Origin: Paraphysomonas bandaiensis
Taxonomy: Eukaryota; Protista; Chrysophyceae
Length of the DNA stretch: 64,000 nucleotides
Assembly: GCA_965644295.1 (NCBI GenBank)
Contig: CBFFRP010000324.1
Span: 288,261-352,260, forward strand
Direction: 5' to 3'
Made by a program: the position numbers and the translations under genes. Of the stretch, positions 62,501 through 64,000 are shown in pieces; within the stretch, counting starts at the first letter, position 1; each line of letters opens with the position of its first letter. The notes beneath the pieces are model-generated. The model saw only the letters and a program-made list of their open reading frames with translations. It was not told the origin of the DNA and did no database searches.

Positions 62501-64000
62501 AACAGCACACACTTACCACTACAATAATCATAACACATTGCTCAATTCACGAAGGCCTTATCCAGTGTATACCGTAATGATTTCCACAACATCGTTACGG
62601 GTTATATACCCGGTACCTAGTATGATGAAACACATTAGAGTTAATCATATCACTCAGCGGAAAATAGACGTATATATATAAGGTATGTACGATATTTGCT
62701 AGGAGAAAAAGGTACAGCTGATTGGTTTGCGATGCATAAACCTCACAGCACCAATATCTCGGCTTAAATAACGGTTACTATTCCGAGATAACTTGGGTCA
62801 ATGATTTATGTATAGAAATCAGGACCTAATGGGTCTCGGGAAATACGCAGGTATATACAACATTGCTATTCGACTTCTCTACCATATAAAAATAACAGCA
62901 CACACTTACCACTACAATAATCATAACACATTGCTCAATTCACGAAGGCCTTATCCAGTGTATACCGTAATGATTTCCACAACATCGTTACGGGTTATAT
63001 ACCCGGTACCTAGTATGATGAAACACATTAGAGTTAATCATATCACTCAGCGGAAAATAGACGTATATATATAGGTATGTACGATATTTGCTAGGAGAAA
63101 AAGGTACAGCTGATTGGTTTGCGATGCATAAACCTCACAGCACCAATATCTCGGCTTAAATAACGGTTACTATTCCGAGATAACTTGGGTCAATGATTTA
63201 TGTATAGAAATCAGGACCTAATGGGTCTCGGGAAATACGCAGATATATACAACATTGCTATTCGACTTCTCTACCATATAAAAATAACAGCACACACTTA
63301 CCACTACAATAATCATAACACATTGCTCAATTCACGAAGGCCTTATCCAGTGTATACCGTAATGATTTCCACAACATCGTTACGGGTTATATACCCGGTA
63401 CCTAGTATGATGAAACACATTAGAGTTAATCATATCACTCAGCGGAAAATAGACGTATATATATAAGGTATGTACGATATTTGCTAGGAGAAAAAGGTAC
63501 AGCTGATTGGTTTGCGATGCATAAACCTCACAGCACCAATATCTCGGCTTAAATAACGGTTACTATTCCGAGATAACTTGGGTCAATGATTTATGTATAG
63601 AAATCAGGACCTAATGGGTCTCGGGAAATACGCAGGTATATACAACATTGCTATTCGACTTCTCTACCATATAAAAATAACAGCACACACTTACCACTAC
63701 AATAATCATAACACATTGCTCAATTCACGAAGGCCTTATCCAGTGTATACCGTAATGATTTCCACAACATCGTTACGGGTTATATACCCGGTACCTAGTA
63801 TGATGAAACACATTAGAGTTAATCATATCACTCAGCGGAAAATAGACGTATATATATAAGGTATGTACGATATTTGCTAGGAGAAAAAGGTACAGCTGAT
63901 TGGTTTGCGATGCATAAACCTCACAGCACCAATATCTCGGCTTAAATAACGGTTACTATTCCGAGATAACTTGGGTCCATGATTTATGTATAGAAATCAG
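53540..64000. repeat. 393-bp tandem satellite array, 26 full units plus a partial, continuing past the window end
   Basis: Units start at 53540, 53933, 54326 and so on, with period 392-393 and only a handful of variable sites. One unit (near 58.9 kb) carries a 112-bp internal duplication. Confidence 0.98.

Noticed and set aside
53665-63859. Repeated 88-aa ORF (MYRNQDLMGLGK...) as a tandem protein gene family
   Set aside because: Frameshifted by a 1-nt indel in 8 of 26 units, no recognisable domain, and only ~125 bp between copies. Best explained as a chance ORF in a satellite.
53540-64000. Array as 5S rRNA, snRNA, hammerhead retrozyme or CRISPR
   Set aside because: Short matches (ATCTCGG, GGGAATAC, ACTTACC) have the wrong spacing or context. 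I found no CUGANGA/GAAA hammerhead core on either strand, and there are no unique spacers.

Overview
Compact eukaryotic nuclear DNA with GT-AG introns mostly ~45-60 nt long. The gene content (kinesin-2, BBS chaperonin, TPK channel, AP beta adaptin) fits a flagellated protist; a stramenopile/chrysophyte-like source is my inference only. 1-51.6 kb holds about 16 protein genes, many in head-to-head pairs around (GTAT/ATAC/ACAT)-rich tracts: TPK K+ channel, sarcosine/dimethylglycine-type methyltransferase, NPRL3, secreted LpqC-like esterase, FAXC/metaxin GST-like protein, a small bacterial-type S24/S26 peptidase, a large methyltransferase-GT15-GT15-DUF4185 fusion, kinesin-2, BBS10-like chaperonin, AP-1/2 beta, NDOR1, a DxD glycosyltransferase-like protein, an MFS sugar transporter, a WD40 protein and two unknowns. 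Transposon relics are interspersed: a PIF/Harbinger-like right end (1-1549), a 4.4-kb element with perfect 27-bp TIRs (20122-24544) carrying a 182-bp minisatellite, a hAT-like MITE and two dispersed repeat families. From 53540 to the window end runs a nearly homogeneous 393-bp tandem array (26 full units plus a partial). Its units are packed with hairpins and are delimited by AG|GT splice-like junctions; this is the most unusual object in the window. All family assignments come from motif recognition, not database searches.
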